Origin: Verrucomicrobiota bacterium
GTDB lineage: Bacteria; Verrucomicrobiota; Verrucomicrobiia; Methylacidiphilales; JBCBYL01
Length of the DNA: 34,987 bases
Reading direction: 5' to 3'
Assembly: GCA_039027415.1 (NCBI GenBank)
Contig: JBCCKL010000003.1
Coordinates: forward strand, 1 to 34,987
Below, piece after piece: positions 18,696 through 28,068 of this stretch. The stretch's first letter is position 1. Each line of letters starts with the position of its first letter. A program made the translations under genes and the position numbers. Below the pieces are notes generated by a model that was not told the origin of the DNA, made no database searches, and saw only the letters and a list, made by a program, of their open reading frames with translations.

Positions 18696-19379
18696 ATGGT
18701 AAGGGATATGGGAGAGGGGATTTATCAAATTCGTGGCATGCTGGTGGTTTCATATTTATTGGTCAATTCAAAGGGTGTCACCTTAATTGACTGCGGTTTC
18801 ATAGGCCACTTCTACCATATCGAATCAGCCTTAAAAATGGCGAATCGCGATTGGAGTGATGTTCAGGCTATTCTACTCACCCACGGCCACCTTGATCATA
18901 CTTTGAACCTCTCACGTATCCGCCAGAAAACTCAGGCACCCATCTATGCACACCCATTGGAGAAAAAACACATCGCAGGCACCTATCCATATCAAGGGTT
19001 TAGCCTAATCTGCGGCATGCTGGAATGGATGGGACGGCTCATACTGGGATATCAGCCTGTTCCTGCTGACCAGACTCTTACCGATTATCAGGAACTGGAT
19101 CTGTTTGACGGCATACGAGTATATCGGCTTCCCGGCCACACCGAGGGACACTGTGGCTTTTACAGTTTAAAGTCTGATATTCTATTCACTGGCGATCTGT
19201 TTGCTACCGGTAAATTACGCCGTGGTCTGCCATGGTTCTGGCTCAACAGTTGTCCCAAAAAATTCAGATATAGCATTAATAAGGTTCTCGAGCTAAATCC
19301 TGTAGGAGTACTCTCTAATCATTGTGATCTAGGTTCAGAAAACGAGCAGATGGAAGTCTTTGCCCGCAAATTTAACTAG
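18696..19379 (+). CDS. Metallo-beta-lactamase fold hydrolase
   Basis: LIDCG, THGHLDH, PGHTEGH, FTGD and a C-terminal His. Confidence 0.92.
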   Translation: MVRDMGEGIYQIRGMLVVSYLLVNSKGVTLIDCGFIGHFYHIESALKMANRDWSDVQAILLTHGHLDHTLNLSRIRQKTQAPIYAHPLEKKHIAGTYPYQGFSLICGMLEWMGRLILGYQPVPADQTLTDYQELDLFDGIRVYRLPGHTEGHCGFYSLKSDILFTGDLFATGKLRRGLPWFWLNSCPKKFRYSINKVLELNPVGVLSNHCDLGSENEQMEVFARKFN

Positions 19380-19450
19380 CACTCCTTAATACCTGAACTT
19401 TTCTTTATTCCTTCTTGGTGAATATTTAATCAGAGGTATCTATAGGGAGC

Positions 19451-20413
19451 ATGCAACTATTGACCTATTATATAACTATCGGATTACTCCTACTGCATAC
19501 CGCCCCTATAAAAGCAAACTTGTTACTCCCGGATAGAGAAGCACTTATCTTTTCCGGTGTTGCAGGCAAAACTTCAGAATCCCAGTCCGTTACTGTTACC
19601 GCAGCATTTGAAAAATCACCTCTGAAAGTACATTACCAAATTTCAGGTAAGCATGCTGCCGCATTCGAACTGATCACAACATCTCCGATCGCACTGAAGC
19701 CACACCAGTCTCATTCCATCTCACTCCGATTTAGCCCTGAAAAGGAACTGGTCGGGGCACTGGAAGCAAAATTGGAAATACTCACCGATGATACTCCAGC
19801 TCTGTCTATGGCTCTATACGGGTTGAGTGCGGTCGGCGTGGAAGGGAAAAATGAGCCGGGGATGGATCTTATCTTGCAAACATTGGGGATTAAAATTGAT
19901 ATCGGATGGGCTGGCCTCACCAACCATACACACCCGGAACTGCAGGGCTCTGAGATCAAAGCCTCACTTTTTCGTAGAGCACACCCGGGCACGGTTTCGC
20001 TTCAACCCGTCGCACGTTACTCACCAAACTTTCTGTTACCTTTCGGGTATTACATACCCACAGAATCTGCACCAAATCTTTTCGTTCTCGGAACCCTTGC
20101 CCAAAAAACATCTACCAAAGATGAGCACAATTGTCTCTTTCCCTCTTTAGCCAGCGGCCAAACTACCTTTGACCCCGGAAATAAAAAATTTGGCATCTTC
20201 ACCTCCAGCCCGAGTCATTTTGCCTATTCTGAAGATCTTCTAAACCAGAGACTGGAACCCAAGCATGTACCCCATGCCGTCCGAGTCTATCCTGCTCGCA
20301 ACCGAAAAGGGGACCTCCTCACCAACACCTACTTGATCTGTTTTGAAGAAGCCACCAATGGAGATTATCAGGATTATGTCTTTTTACTCTCGAATGTCAT
20401 TCCGGTAAATTGA
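19451..20413 (+). CDS. Secreted protein with an Ig-like (ASH-type) domain and a DUF4114-like C-terminus
   Basis: Signal peptide; ISGKHAAAFEL...LKPHQSHSISLRFSP...GALEAKLEI Ig-like pattern; FEEATNGDYQDYVFLLSNV acidic motif. Confidence 0.65.
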   Translation: MQLLTYYITIGLLLLHTAPIKANLLLPDREALIFSGVAGKTSESQSVTVTAAFEKSPLKVHYQISGKHAAAFELITTSPIALKPHQSHSISLRFSPEKELVGALEAKLEILTDDTPALSMALYGLSAVGVEGKNEPGMDLILQTLGIKIDIGWAGLTNHTHPELQGSEIKASLFRRAHPGTVSLQPVARYSPNFLLPFGYYIPTESAPNLFVLGTLAQKTSTKDEHNCLFPSLASGQTTFDPGNKKFGIFTSSPSHFAYSEDLLNQRLEPKHVPHAVRVYPARNRKGDLLTNTYLICFEEATNGDYQDYVFLLSNVIPVN

Positions 20414-20444
20414 CGATACTGCGGATCAATCCGACTGCCTCATA

Positions 20445-23400
20445 CTACTTCTTCAACTTTTCTTCAACGATGCTCGCTTCCACAGCCAGATCTGACTGGT
20501 TCAGTCTGAGACATTTATCGAGATAGTCCTGCAGTTCCTCCTCCACCCATGCCTGGAGTTTTTCCACAAATTGCATAAACTCTTTGGAACACTTTTTATA
20601 GGAATCCGCTATCTTATCCTCCTGATACCCCGGCAATTTTTCGATACTTTCAAGCGGCACAAAAACAACCACTGTTCCAGCCATTTTTCTTGTGCCGTTC
20701 AGAACAGGTTGCGACATATGGATCAGCGTCTTCGTCTCACGGTGGTAGTCCCAAATAATACTCTCACGCAAGCTAGCTTCGGTCATCTGCGCATCCATTT
20801 CAGCTGAAGGCACATGCCATGCTTTCTGGTCCTTGATATGCAGAACTTCAGCCAGCGGTTTCAATAAAGCCTGCTCACGTTCTGTCCCAAGGATTTCAGC
20901 AGCCACACGATTTAGCATCACCACCCTTCCTGAATCATCTGCAAGCACCCATCCCTCATTCAAGGCAGCAGAAGGGCGCAGGTGCTCTTTCTGCAGTGAA
21001 AGTGGTTTGGGCACACTGATCTTGGATGAGTCAATTCTCTGAGATTCGGAGACTCGAACCGAATCCATGAGTGCCTGAGTGCGCGTGCTGGGCTTATCCG
21101 GATCTCTCATCTCACTCGGTATCTGCGGGATGATTTCGGTTTTACCGCGTTCCACAAAAAGAGGTGCTACCTTGAATTCCGGCTTCTCAGTCGACAGGCT
21201 TTTATCTTCATCCTCTTCATCTATTACCGGTGCTACCTCAGGTAGCTTCGCTTCCGGCTCTTTTTCCGGTGTGATTTCCTGAATACTGGCAACCGCAGAT
21301 TCAAAATTTCCATCCTCATCGAGAACCGCATGCAGCACGGCCAACACATCCACACATTCCCCACTCGCATCCACGACTTCATCCTCAATGCGGATTTCCT
21401 TCACCTCTCCACCTTCCAGCATGCTGAACAGATTACCAAAACTCTGCTCGGCATCGTCTTTTCCCATATCATTCAGCTTCTTGCGAATGACTTCTTTGGA
21501 TTCGGAACCAAATAATTTGGAGGCACCTGCGCTCACTTCCATAATCTGGCTACGCCGATCCATCAACAAAACTGCCGCATCACTTGCCTGGAAGATTTTA
21601 CCCAGCCGACCTTCGGTACGAGCCAGTTTATCCGCAGCTTGATGCATACCGGTTAAATCCTCAATGGTTCGAACCGTGTACCAGAAATCTCCATTCGCAA
21701 AGCGGATGACCTTAACGTTAATCCGTGCCCAGAATAATTTCCCGGCGCTTGTCATGAGCATTTTCTCAATCTGATAGTCATCGATTTCTCCCTGCAGGCA
21801 ACGCTCATCCAATTGCAGGTCCTCTTTGGGGTCATCCTGATGAACAAAATCGTTCAAGGTCTTTCCAGCCAACCCATCTTCACTTTCACCCAAAAAATGG
21901 TTCATTGCAGGATTACTGAAAAAGATAACGCCTTCCGCATCTACCATCAATACCCCGATGGAACTGCTTTCTGCCAAGGCGAGAAAGCGCTGTTCCGCAA
22001 CACCCAACTGGCTTTCTGCATCGTATTGTGGAGTCACATTCTCCACTACCAAAATACAATAGTATTGCTCCCGATCATGCTGATTGATCCTTGACCCGCT
22101 TATGCGCAGCCAGCGATATGTCTGGTCCCTCATCAGTACGGGAACTTCCATCTGGAAATTTATCACCTTTCCGTCGAAAACACTCTGGACAATTTCTAAC
22201 TGCTCTTCATCCAGGGTCAGTCCCAAAACCTCATCCAACTTCTGTTCTCTCAGTTCATCACCACGATATTCAATCAACTCTCCGAAGGCAGAATTCACCT
22301 CGTGAATCAGGCGCTTTTCATTAATGACCACAAGCGCAACTTCTGAATCACGCATAATTTCCTGCAGACTGGGACCTTTTTCCGCCTCATAAGTTTCCAC
22401 CTGCTGCTGGTAATCCGCGATTTCCTGCTCCAGCGCTTCACACTTTTCCGAACTGGTTTTCAGCTGTTCTTCTAGATACTGGCATGCCTCTTCTTTTTCA
22501 GTAAAAAGCTTGGATTGAGCCGTATTTTTTTCCTCCAATTCCGCTTTAACCACATTCAGATGGTCAAGATCCACCTGGCGTGCAGCCAGTTCGGTCGCCA
22601 CACCGTCGTACTCTGTTTGTTTTTCCTGCAGTAGTTGTCTGGACTCCTCCAGCTCACCAGTCTTTTCCTCAAGGTCCCGGGTCATCTGCTGTTCTGTTTC
22701 CTGCAGATGCAGGTTGGTCTGCTCGAGGGATGTCCGCGTCTGTTTAAGTTCTGTTAAATCCTCGAGTAAGACGACCGCAAATCCAGTGGGTTCTTCTGCA
22801 TCCAATAAAACTACCGTCAACCGGGATAATTTAGTCTGCGGTTCCTCGCCCTCTGCCATATCGTCACCTGCGACTTCAACCGTTACATCCAATTGGAAAC
22901 GTGAACGCCCCCCCTCTTCCAGGGCAGACCATTCAGATACAAAGGGTTCCTGATCTTTTTCCGGCAGCCACTGCTTAATATTCTTACCTACGGAAACCTC
23001 GGTTTTTTGTTCGAAAAACTCTTCAAACATATTGTTTGCTTCCAGGATCTGCCCCCCTTGATCCAGCACAGCCAGTCCAACGACCGGGTTAGCCAGAAAT
23101 GCCTTCAAGCGGGCATTCCGCAGATTACCCCAGTCTCTGGCCTGAATTTCTTCAGAAACATCCTGCAGTAACCAGGTATAATGAGCACCCGTTCCATCCC
23201 CATCCGCCACTACCTGCTGTACAAACAGCCGTCCCGAAATTTCACGCTTCCCGTCAAAACTGAAAACGGATTCAAACCGAATAGGATCGCCGTTCATAAC
23301 TTCAGGCAATTCCCATTTCTGCTCCACCATATAATCACTCCAAGCCTTGTAGCGCAGAGCCTCCCGATCCATACCCGTCAACTCGACCAGCCCCTGATTA

Positions 23401-26400
23401 GCCTCCAATAACTGGCCTTTTTCATCACAGAGTCCCATTGGCACATCCTTGCGATCAAAAAGAGTCTCAAACCGGCGACGCCAACGGATCGCCTCCGCTT
23501 CCAGCTTCGCTTCCGCTTCCTGTAGCTTGACCAGTATCAAATACCAGACCTTATCCCCCCGTTCACCAGTGCCAAACTTCTTCACCGTCACGCGGGTGTT
23601 TCTAAGCTCACCCGCCCGACCAATGAGCTTCAGCGATTCATTGCTCTCCACTTTTCTGAAACAGGCCTGACCAACCTCCTGATCTTCTTTCGCTATAAAT
23701 TCGGATATCAGTTGCCCCTTAATTTTTTCCTCACTGGCATCCAGAATCCGGCACATAGCAGGGTTAACATCTGTGACCTTCAAATCTTCATCCAAAAACA
23801 CCAGCCCTGAATGACTGCTGTTGATGAGCTCACGAACCGGAGCATCTACACCCTGCCAACGGTCTTCGGATTCGATCAGTTTGGTTTTATCGTACCAGGC
23901 TGCTATCAGATAGAGAGGTATACCATCGTCATCCTTGACCAAATGCAGACATAGGTCCACCCATACTTCCTGTTGATCCCTCCGGTTTAGTTTCCCCTGA
24001 AAGTTGAATAGCTCACGTTTACCCGCCAGACAATCCGCTAAACCATGGACTAGCACTTCCTGCTCGATGCCCTGGTCAATCAGATCGGTCAACTGAACGG
24101 TTTCTGCTTCGATCGAATAACCCAGTCGAGACTCGAGATATTCATTTGCATCAGTTACCCGCCCATCCGGCCGCACAATACAGATACCCGTGTTCTGGAT
24201 ATTCTGCAGCACCCCGGCATGCAGTTCAACAGCAGCCAGTTGGTTTGATAATTCTGCAAGCTCCTGCTCACGGCCATGCGACTCACGTCGATCCTCCAAA
24301 AACAATATCCATAGGGAACCAGATGTTTCCTGCCATGCATTAACCGAACGTCCAGTTAGTTTTACAGGTATCTGCTGCCCAGCATTTTCGATTTCCAGTG
24401 CCAGAGAAAACTGCTTACCCGGATCCGACGCTTCCAACCTCTGATTCAAACGTTGCTGTTCTGCCTCCGGAACCCAGGCATATAAACTCTTGCCTTTCAG
24501 CTGTTCCGCGCTGCTACCCAGCATGACCTCAGCAACCGGATTGGCTCTCAAAAGCTTTCCACTCGAGTCTGCAAAAATGACGCCCTGACCCAACCCTTCC
24601 ACCATCCCATCCAACTGATCTTTACAAGTCAACGCCTCCCGCTCAAACAGCTGTTCATCCGTCCGGTTGCGACATCCCATCAGAAACGCCTCCCCATTAC
24701 CCTGATCGGCAATGCGAATGACAGAAAGTTCAACATGAACCTCCTGCTTGCCAGGGTAAGCCATAGTACACTCCCACTGAAACACCTTTTGCTCTCCTGC
24801 GGCGACGCATTTCAGCCCCCGACGAACCTCCTCTTCTGCATCTCCAGACACCACATCGAATAGTGTCATGCTACCCAGCTCAGACATCTTGCGCATAAGA
24901 ACTTCTTCGATTTCATGACTCGCACGTATGAATCCCGCATGATCATCCAGCCACGCCAGAGCCAGTCCCGGCAGCTCGCTCAAAGACTGCATTCCCTCGA
25001 TGGATCTCTCGACCAACCGTGATTGCTCTTCTTCCAAAGTCGAATCCTTGAGCCCCACTATAAAGTACTTCTGCCCAGTTTGGGAGTGCTCTACAGGTGA
25101 GAAAATAAAAGCTGCACGCAGAGGGTCCCCTTGCTTACCCTGCACATTCAGGATATCTGTTGTCTGTCTAACTCCCTCCTTTAAGACCGCAGAAATTTGC
25201 TGCTGACCTTCATCTCCGGCAACCAGTTCAGCCAGATCTAATCCTTTTACTTCCACCAGGCCATATCCCAGAACATGCAGCCATGCCCCATTAGCATCCA
25301 GCACCTCCCCGCGCTGATTCACTTTCGCCAGCGGATTCGGGCTGGAGTGAAACAAACTGTGTCGCTCAGATTCAGCCAGCTCAAATTTATTTTCCAGTGA
25401 CTGCAACTCATGAGCAGCAGCGTGTTCGTCACTTAAATCACGCACCGTCTCCAGAAAGACCATTTCGTCTTCATTGCCCGGCATGGCCGTGACAGAGGCC
25501 AGGCCGTTGAGCTGAGATTGATCACTTCGCAGATAGGTTTTTTCTATCTGATACCCGATACGCCTGCCATCTATACATTCCTGTCTGAACGTGACCTCTT
25601 TCGGATCCTCTTTAATGGCACAAAGATCCGCATATTTCTTCCCGGTAATTTCCTGTTTGGAGTATTGCAGGCTTTCGAGAAGTGTTGAATTGGCCGCCTC
25701 GATTCTACCGTCGCCTCCCACAATTATGATGCCTATCCCATCATTCTGGAACAGTCGTTCAAACCGCTGTTCCTGGACCTGAACCAGTTGTTCATCATTC
25801 TCCTGACGTTTAATTCCATCCATTTCTGCAGCCGCACGAGGAGCAACGGCTTCCAGTATTTTAGCGATGACTCCTTCATTTTCGAACGGACGACGGCCCA
25901 TCAGAACCAGAGCACGGGATAATTTCCCTGCGGCATTTATCAGCCCGATAGAGGCAAACGATTCGATTTCCTCTTCCTGAATCTTCTCATCATCAGGAAA
26001 TTCTTCTGCCACTCCCTCAGATATGACTACCAGTTCCGGGCCTTTGAGATCTATCAAAGGTGAAGCGTTTATATTGTAAGTGAAGTTCTCCACACTCACA
26101 CCTTGAAAAATAGCTGAGACCGTCTTGCCCTCAGGCTCACCGGAAGAATCAAAATTTACCACAAAAGCCCATTCCACATCCGCTATTTTGGCAAGTTTCT
26201 TACACAACATGGCCAAAAAGGCCTCTCCCCAGCCCTTTTTGAGGAATACCTGGATTTCTTCGAGAGCTTCCGTTTCCAACCTGGCCTGAAGGCTGAAGGC
26301 GTTGGCTTCGAGATTGGCTAAAAGCAGCGATGAAGCATCGTCCAGTTGCTGCCTTAATTTTACCGATAACGACATTTCACTGTCATTGACCCCGCATAAT

Positions 26401-26843
26401 GCTCCGACGAGGTCATCCCCAAAACTCAATGGCACTACGACACCAAAACGGATCACACCATCCAGTGGATTCTCGGTAACTCCATCAGGATAAGCAGCCA
26501 GCCTTTTAATTTCTCCAATCTCAGTTCCTGTCCTTTCATTCAGGTGCCTGAGAATATCTTTCTCGACCGCTTCGATTTCAAATGCCCGTTCGGAACTTTC
26601 CCAGATCACTTTACCTGAAGCATCACAGATAAAAAGACAAGGGAACCCCGTCCCCGCCTTTACTAGCCGTCCGAATGATTCATACAATTCCTGCGGTAAC
26701 TGGTCGAGGTCGACCTCACCGATATCCGCTTCTATATATTCCGTCGAGTCACTGGGACCGATAGATTTGCCACGTGATACCTTTTGAGAGACGAACAGGC
26801 TTTTAATATTGGACTGGGTCAGATAAGGAAAGAGCTTCCGCAT
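20445..26843 (-). CDS. Giant cytoplasmic GAF/PAS-repeat protein (2 GAF-like and about 12 PAS domains, central coiled coil, no recognisable output domain)
   Basis: 2132 aa; twelve repeats of the hhhD-x-x-G-x-I-x-x-x-N...hh-D-x-T/S PAS pattern; GAF2 ends APRAAAEMD; SD GGAG upstream. Confidence 0.9.
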   Translation of the reverse strand: MRKLFPYLTQSNIKSLFVSQKVSRGKSIGPSDSTEYIEADIGEVDLDQLPQELYESFGRLVKAGTGFPCLFICDASGKVIWESSERAFEIEAVEKDILRHLNERTGTEIGEIKRLAAYPDGVTENPLDGVIRFGVVVPLSFGDDLVGALCGVNDSEMSLSVKLRQQLDDASSLLLANLEANAFSLQARLETEALEEIQVFLKKGWGEAFLAMLCKKLAKIADVEWAFVVNFDSSGEPEGKTVSAIFQGVSVENFTYNINASPLIDLKGPELVVISEGVAEEFPDDEKIQEEEIESFASIGLINAAGKLSRALVLMGRRPFENEGVIAKILEAVAPRAAAEMDGIKRQENDEQLVQVQEQRFERLFQNDGIGIIIVGGDGRIEAANSTLLESLQYSKQEITGKKYADLCAIKEDPKEVTFRQECIDGRRIGYQIEKTYLRSDQSQLNGLASVTAMPGNEDEMVFLETVRDLSDEHAAAHELQSLENKFELAESERHSLFHSSPNPLAKVNQRGEVLDANGAWLHVLGYGLVEVKGLDLAELVAGDEGQQQISAVLKEGVRQTTDILNVQGKQGDPLRAAFIFSPVEHSQTGQKYFIVGLKDSTLEEEQSRLVERSIEGMQSLSELPGLALAWLDDHAGFIRASHEIEEVLMRKMSELGSMTLFDVVSGDAEEEVRRGLKCVAAGEQKVFQWECTMAYPGKQEVHVELSVIRIADQGNGEAFLMGCRNRTDEQLFEREALTCKDQLDGMVEGLGQGVIFADSSGKLLRANPVAEVMLGSSAEQLKGKSLYAWVPEAEQQRLNQRLEASDPGKQFSLALEIENAGQQIPVKLTGRSVNAWQETSGSLWILFLEDRRESHGREQELAELSNQLAAVELHAGVLQNIQNTGICIVRPDGRVTDANEYLESRLGYSIEAETVQLTDLIDQGIEQEVLVHGLADCLAGKRELFNFQGKLNRRDQQEVWVDLCLHLVKDDDGIPLYLIAAWYDKTKLIESEDRWQGVDAPVRELINSSHSGLVFLDEDLKVTDVNPAMCRILDASEEKIKGQLISEFIAKEDQEVGQACFRKVESNESLKLIGRAGELRNTRVTVKKFGTGERGDKVWYLILVKLQEAEAKLEAEAIRWRRRFETLFDRKDVPMGLCDEKGQLLEANQGLVELTGMDREALRYKAWSDYMVEQKWELPEVMNGDPIRFESVFSFDGKREISGRLFVQQVVADGDGTGAHYTWLLQDVSEEIQARDWGNLRNARLKAFLANPVVGLAVLDQGGQILEANNMFEEFFEQKTEVSVGKNIKQWLPEKDQEPFVSEWSALEEGGRSRFQLDVTVEVAGDDMAEGEEPQTKLSRLTVVLLDAEEPTGFAVVLLEDLTELKQTRTSLEQTNLHLQETEQQMTRDLEEKTGELEESRQLLQEKQTEYDGVATELAARQVDLDHLNVVKAELEEKNTAQSKLFTEKEEACQYLEEQLKTSSEKCEALEQEIADYQQQVETYEAEKGPSLQEIMRDSEVALVVINEKRLIHEVNSAFGELIEYRGDELREQKLDEVLGLTLDEEQLEIVQSVFDGKVINFQMEVPVLMRDQTYRWLRISGSRINQHDREQYYCILVVENVTPQYDAESQLGVAEQRFLALAESSSIGVLMVDAEGVIFFSNPAMNHFLGESEDGLAGKTLNDFVHQDDPKEDLQLDERCLQGEIDDYQIEKMLMTSAGKLFWARINVKVIRFANGDFWYTVRTIEDLTGMHQAADKLARTEGRLGKIFQASDAAVLLMDRRSQIMEVSAGASKLFGSESKEVIRKKLNDMGKDDAEQSFGNLFSMLEGGEVKEIRIEDEVVDASGECVDVLAVLHAVLDEDGNFESAVASIQEITPEKEPEAKLPEVAPVIDEEDEDKSLSTEKPEFKVAPLFVERGKTEIIPQIPSEMRDPDKPSTRTQALMDSVRVSESQRIDSSKISVPKPLSLQKEHLRPSAALNEGWVLADDSGRVVMLNRVAAEILGTEREQALLKPLAEVLHIKDQKAWHVPSAEMDAQMTEASLRESIIWDYHRETKTLIHMSQPVLNGTRKMAGTVVVFVPLESIEKLPGYQEDKIADSYKKCSKEFMQFVEKLQAWVEEELQDYLDKCLRLNQSDLAVEASIVEEKLKK

Positions 26844-26848
26844 AACTC

Positions 26849-26915
26849 CATAAATGTATCAAAAAAAACATTTATGTCGCATTGTTAATTTTATAATTTT
26901 TGAATAACTAACAAT
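26849..26915. promoter_or_regulatory. Two inverted repeats in the AT-rich leader of the PAS gene
   Basis: CATAAATGT-N10-ACATTTATG (26849-26876, perfect) and ATTGTTAATT-N15-AACTAACAAT (26881-26915, 9/10 match). Confidence 0.45.
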
Positions 26916-27033
26916 TAATATTACAAACTTACTCACCCCGATCGAAATATAAATATTCGAACCACAGTCGGATTAAAAGGTTCAGGTACGCACTTCATTT
27001 GAATTTCTTTATTTTGCTCCTACCCTTCATCGC

Positions 27034-28059
27034 ATGGATTCCATTACACAGGCTACGTTGGGTGCAGCCGTTGCAGAAGCAGGCATGGGCAAATCGCTCG
27101 GACGTAAGGCCGCATTATGGGGACTACTTTTGGGCACCCTGCCGGATTTGGACATCTTAATTTATCCGCTACTCGATCCTGCTGCGCAGCTTGGCTGGCA
27201 TCGCGGGCTCTCACACTCCCTACTGGCCATGCTGGTAATGTCACCTCTATGCGGATGGTTACTACATAAAAAATACCAAGATAAAGCCCCACCTGTGCGA
27301 GCTTCCTGGACCTGTTTCTGGATCTTTTTGACCCATGTGCTGATCGATTGTTTTACCGTTTACGGGACACAGATATTCGAGCCGTTTTCAGACATGCGAA
27401 TTGGCTTTAATAACTTTTTTATTATCGATCCCCTTTTCACGCTTCCGATTCTGGTCGGTGTTGTGGCTGCAGTCATTCTATACCAAAATCCTGTTTGGCG
27501 ATTCCGGGCTAACACACTGGGACTAGTCATCAGCTCTATCTATGTCATGTGGAGCTTTTCAGCTAAGGCAATCATCACCAGCCGTTTTAGCAATGAACTG
27601 GAACGTCAGGGAATTGAAATTACCCGCCAAATGACCCACCCAACAGCATTTAACACATTACTCTGGCGATCACTCAGCGAAGCAGAAAACGGATACTGGG
27701 TCGGCTACGCCTCCCTACTGGATAGAACGCCGGAGGTGGCATTTAAATTTATTCCGCGCCAAGCCGAACTCATCTCCCCCCTCTACGATACCCGCAGTGT
27801 CGATCGACTCTTGTGGTTTTCTGAGGGTTATTTCATGGCGGCGAAACGGAAAGGGCAACTCACCTTCTCGGACCTCCGCTTCGGAGAATTCCAACTAGCT
27901 GATGGAAACATTACCACATTCTTCACCTGGGTCCTCGAACCCACTGCAGAAGATGTGAAAATTCAACAAATTCGGGCTGACCGCCCCGATGGAACACTGA
28001 AGCAAATATGGAATCGTATGCTCGCCAAAGAACCACCAATCGCATCTAAAACTGATTAG
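27034..28059 (+). CDS. Membrane-bound metal-dependent hydrolase (YdjM / DUF457-like)
   Basis: MDSITQATLGA, PDLD, HRGLSHS, HVLIDCFTVYGT, FIIDPLFT and DLRFG motifs. Confidence 0.92.
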   Translation: MDSITQATLGAAVAEAGMGKSLGRKAALWGLLLGTLPDLDILIYPLLDPAAQLGWHRGLSHSLLAMLVMSPLCGWLLHKKYQDKAPPVRASWTCFWIFLTHVLIDCFTVYGTQIFEPFSDMRIGFNNFFIIDPLFTLPILVGVVAAVILYQNPVWRFRANTLGLVISSIYVMWSFSAKAIITSRFSNELERQGIEITRQMTHPTAFNTLLWRSLSEAENGYWVGYASLLDRTPEVAFKFIPRQAELISPLYDTRSVDRLLWFSEGYFMAAKRKGQLTFSDLRFGEFQLADGNITTFFTWVLEPTAEDVKIQQIRADRPDGTLKQIWNRMLAKEPPIASKTD

Positions 28060-28068
28060 TTCTTCTCC

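Noticed and set aside
18696-19379. True beta-lactamase resistance gene
   Set aside because: No signal peptide; motifs fit generic cytoplasmic MBL-fold hydrolases.
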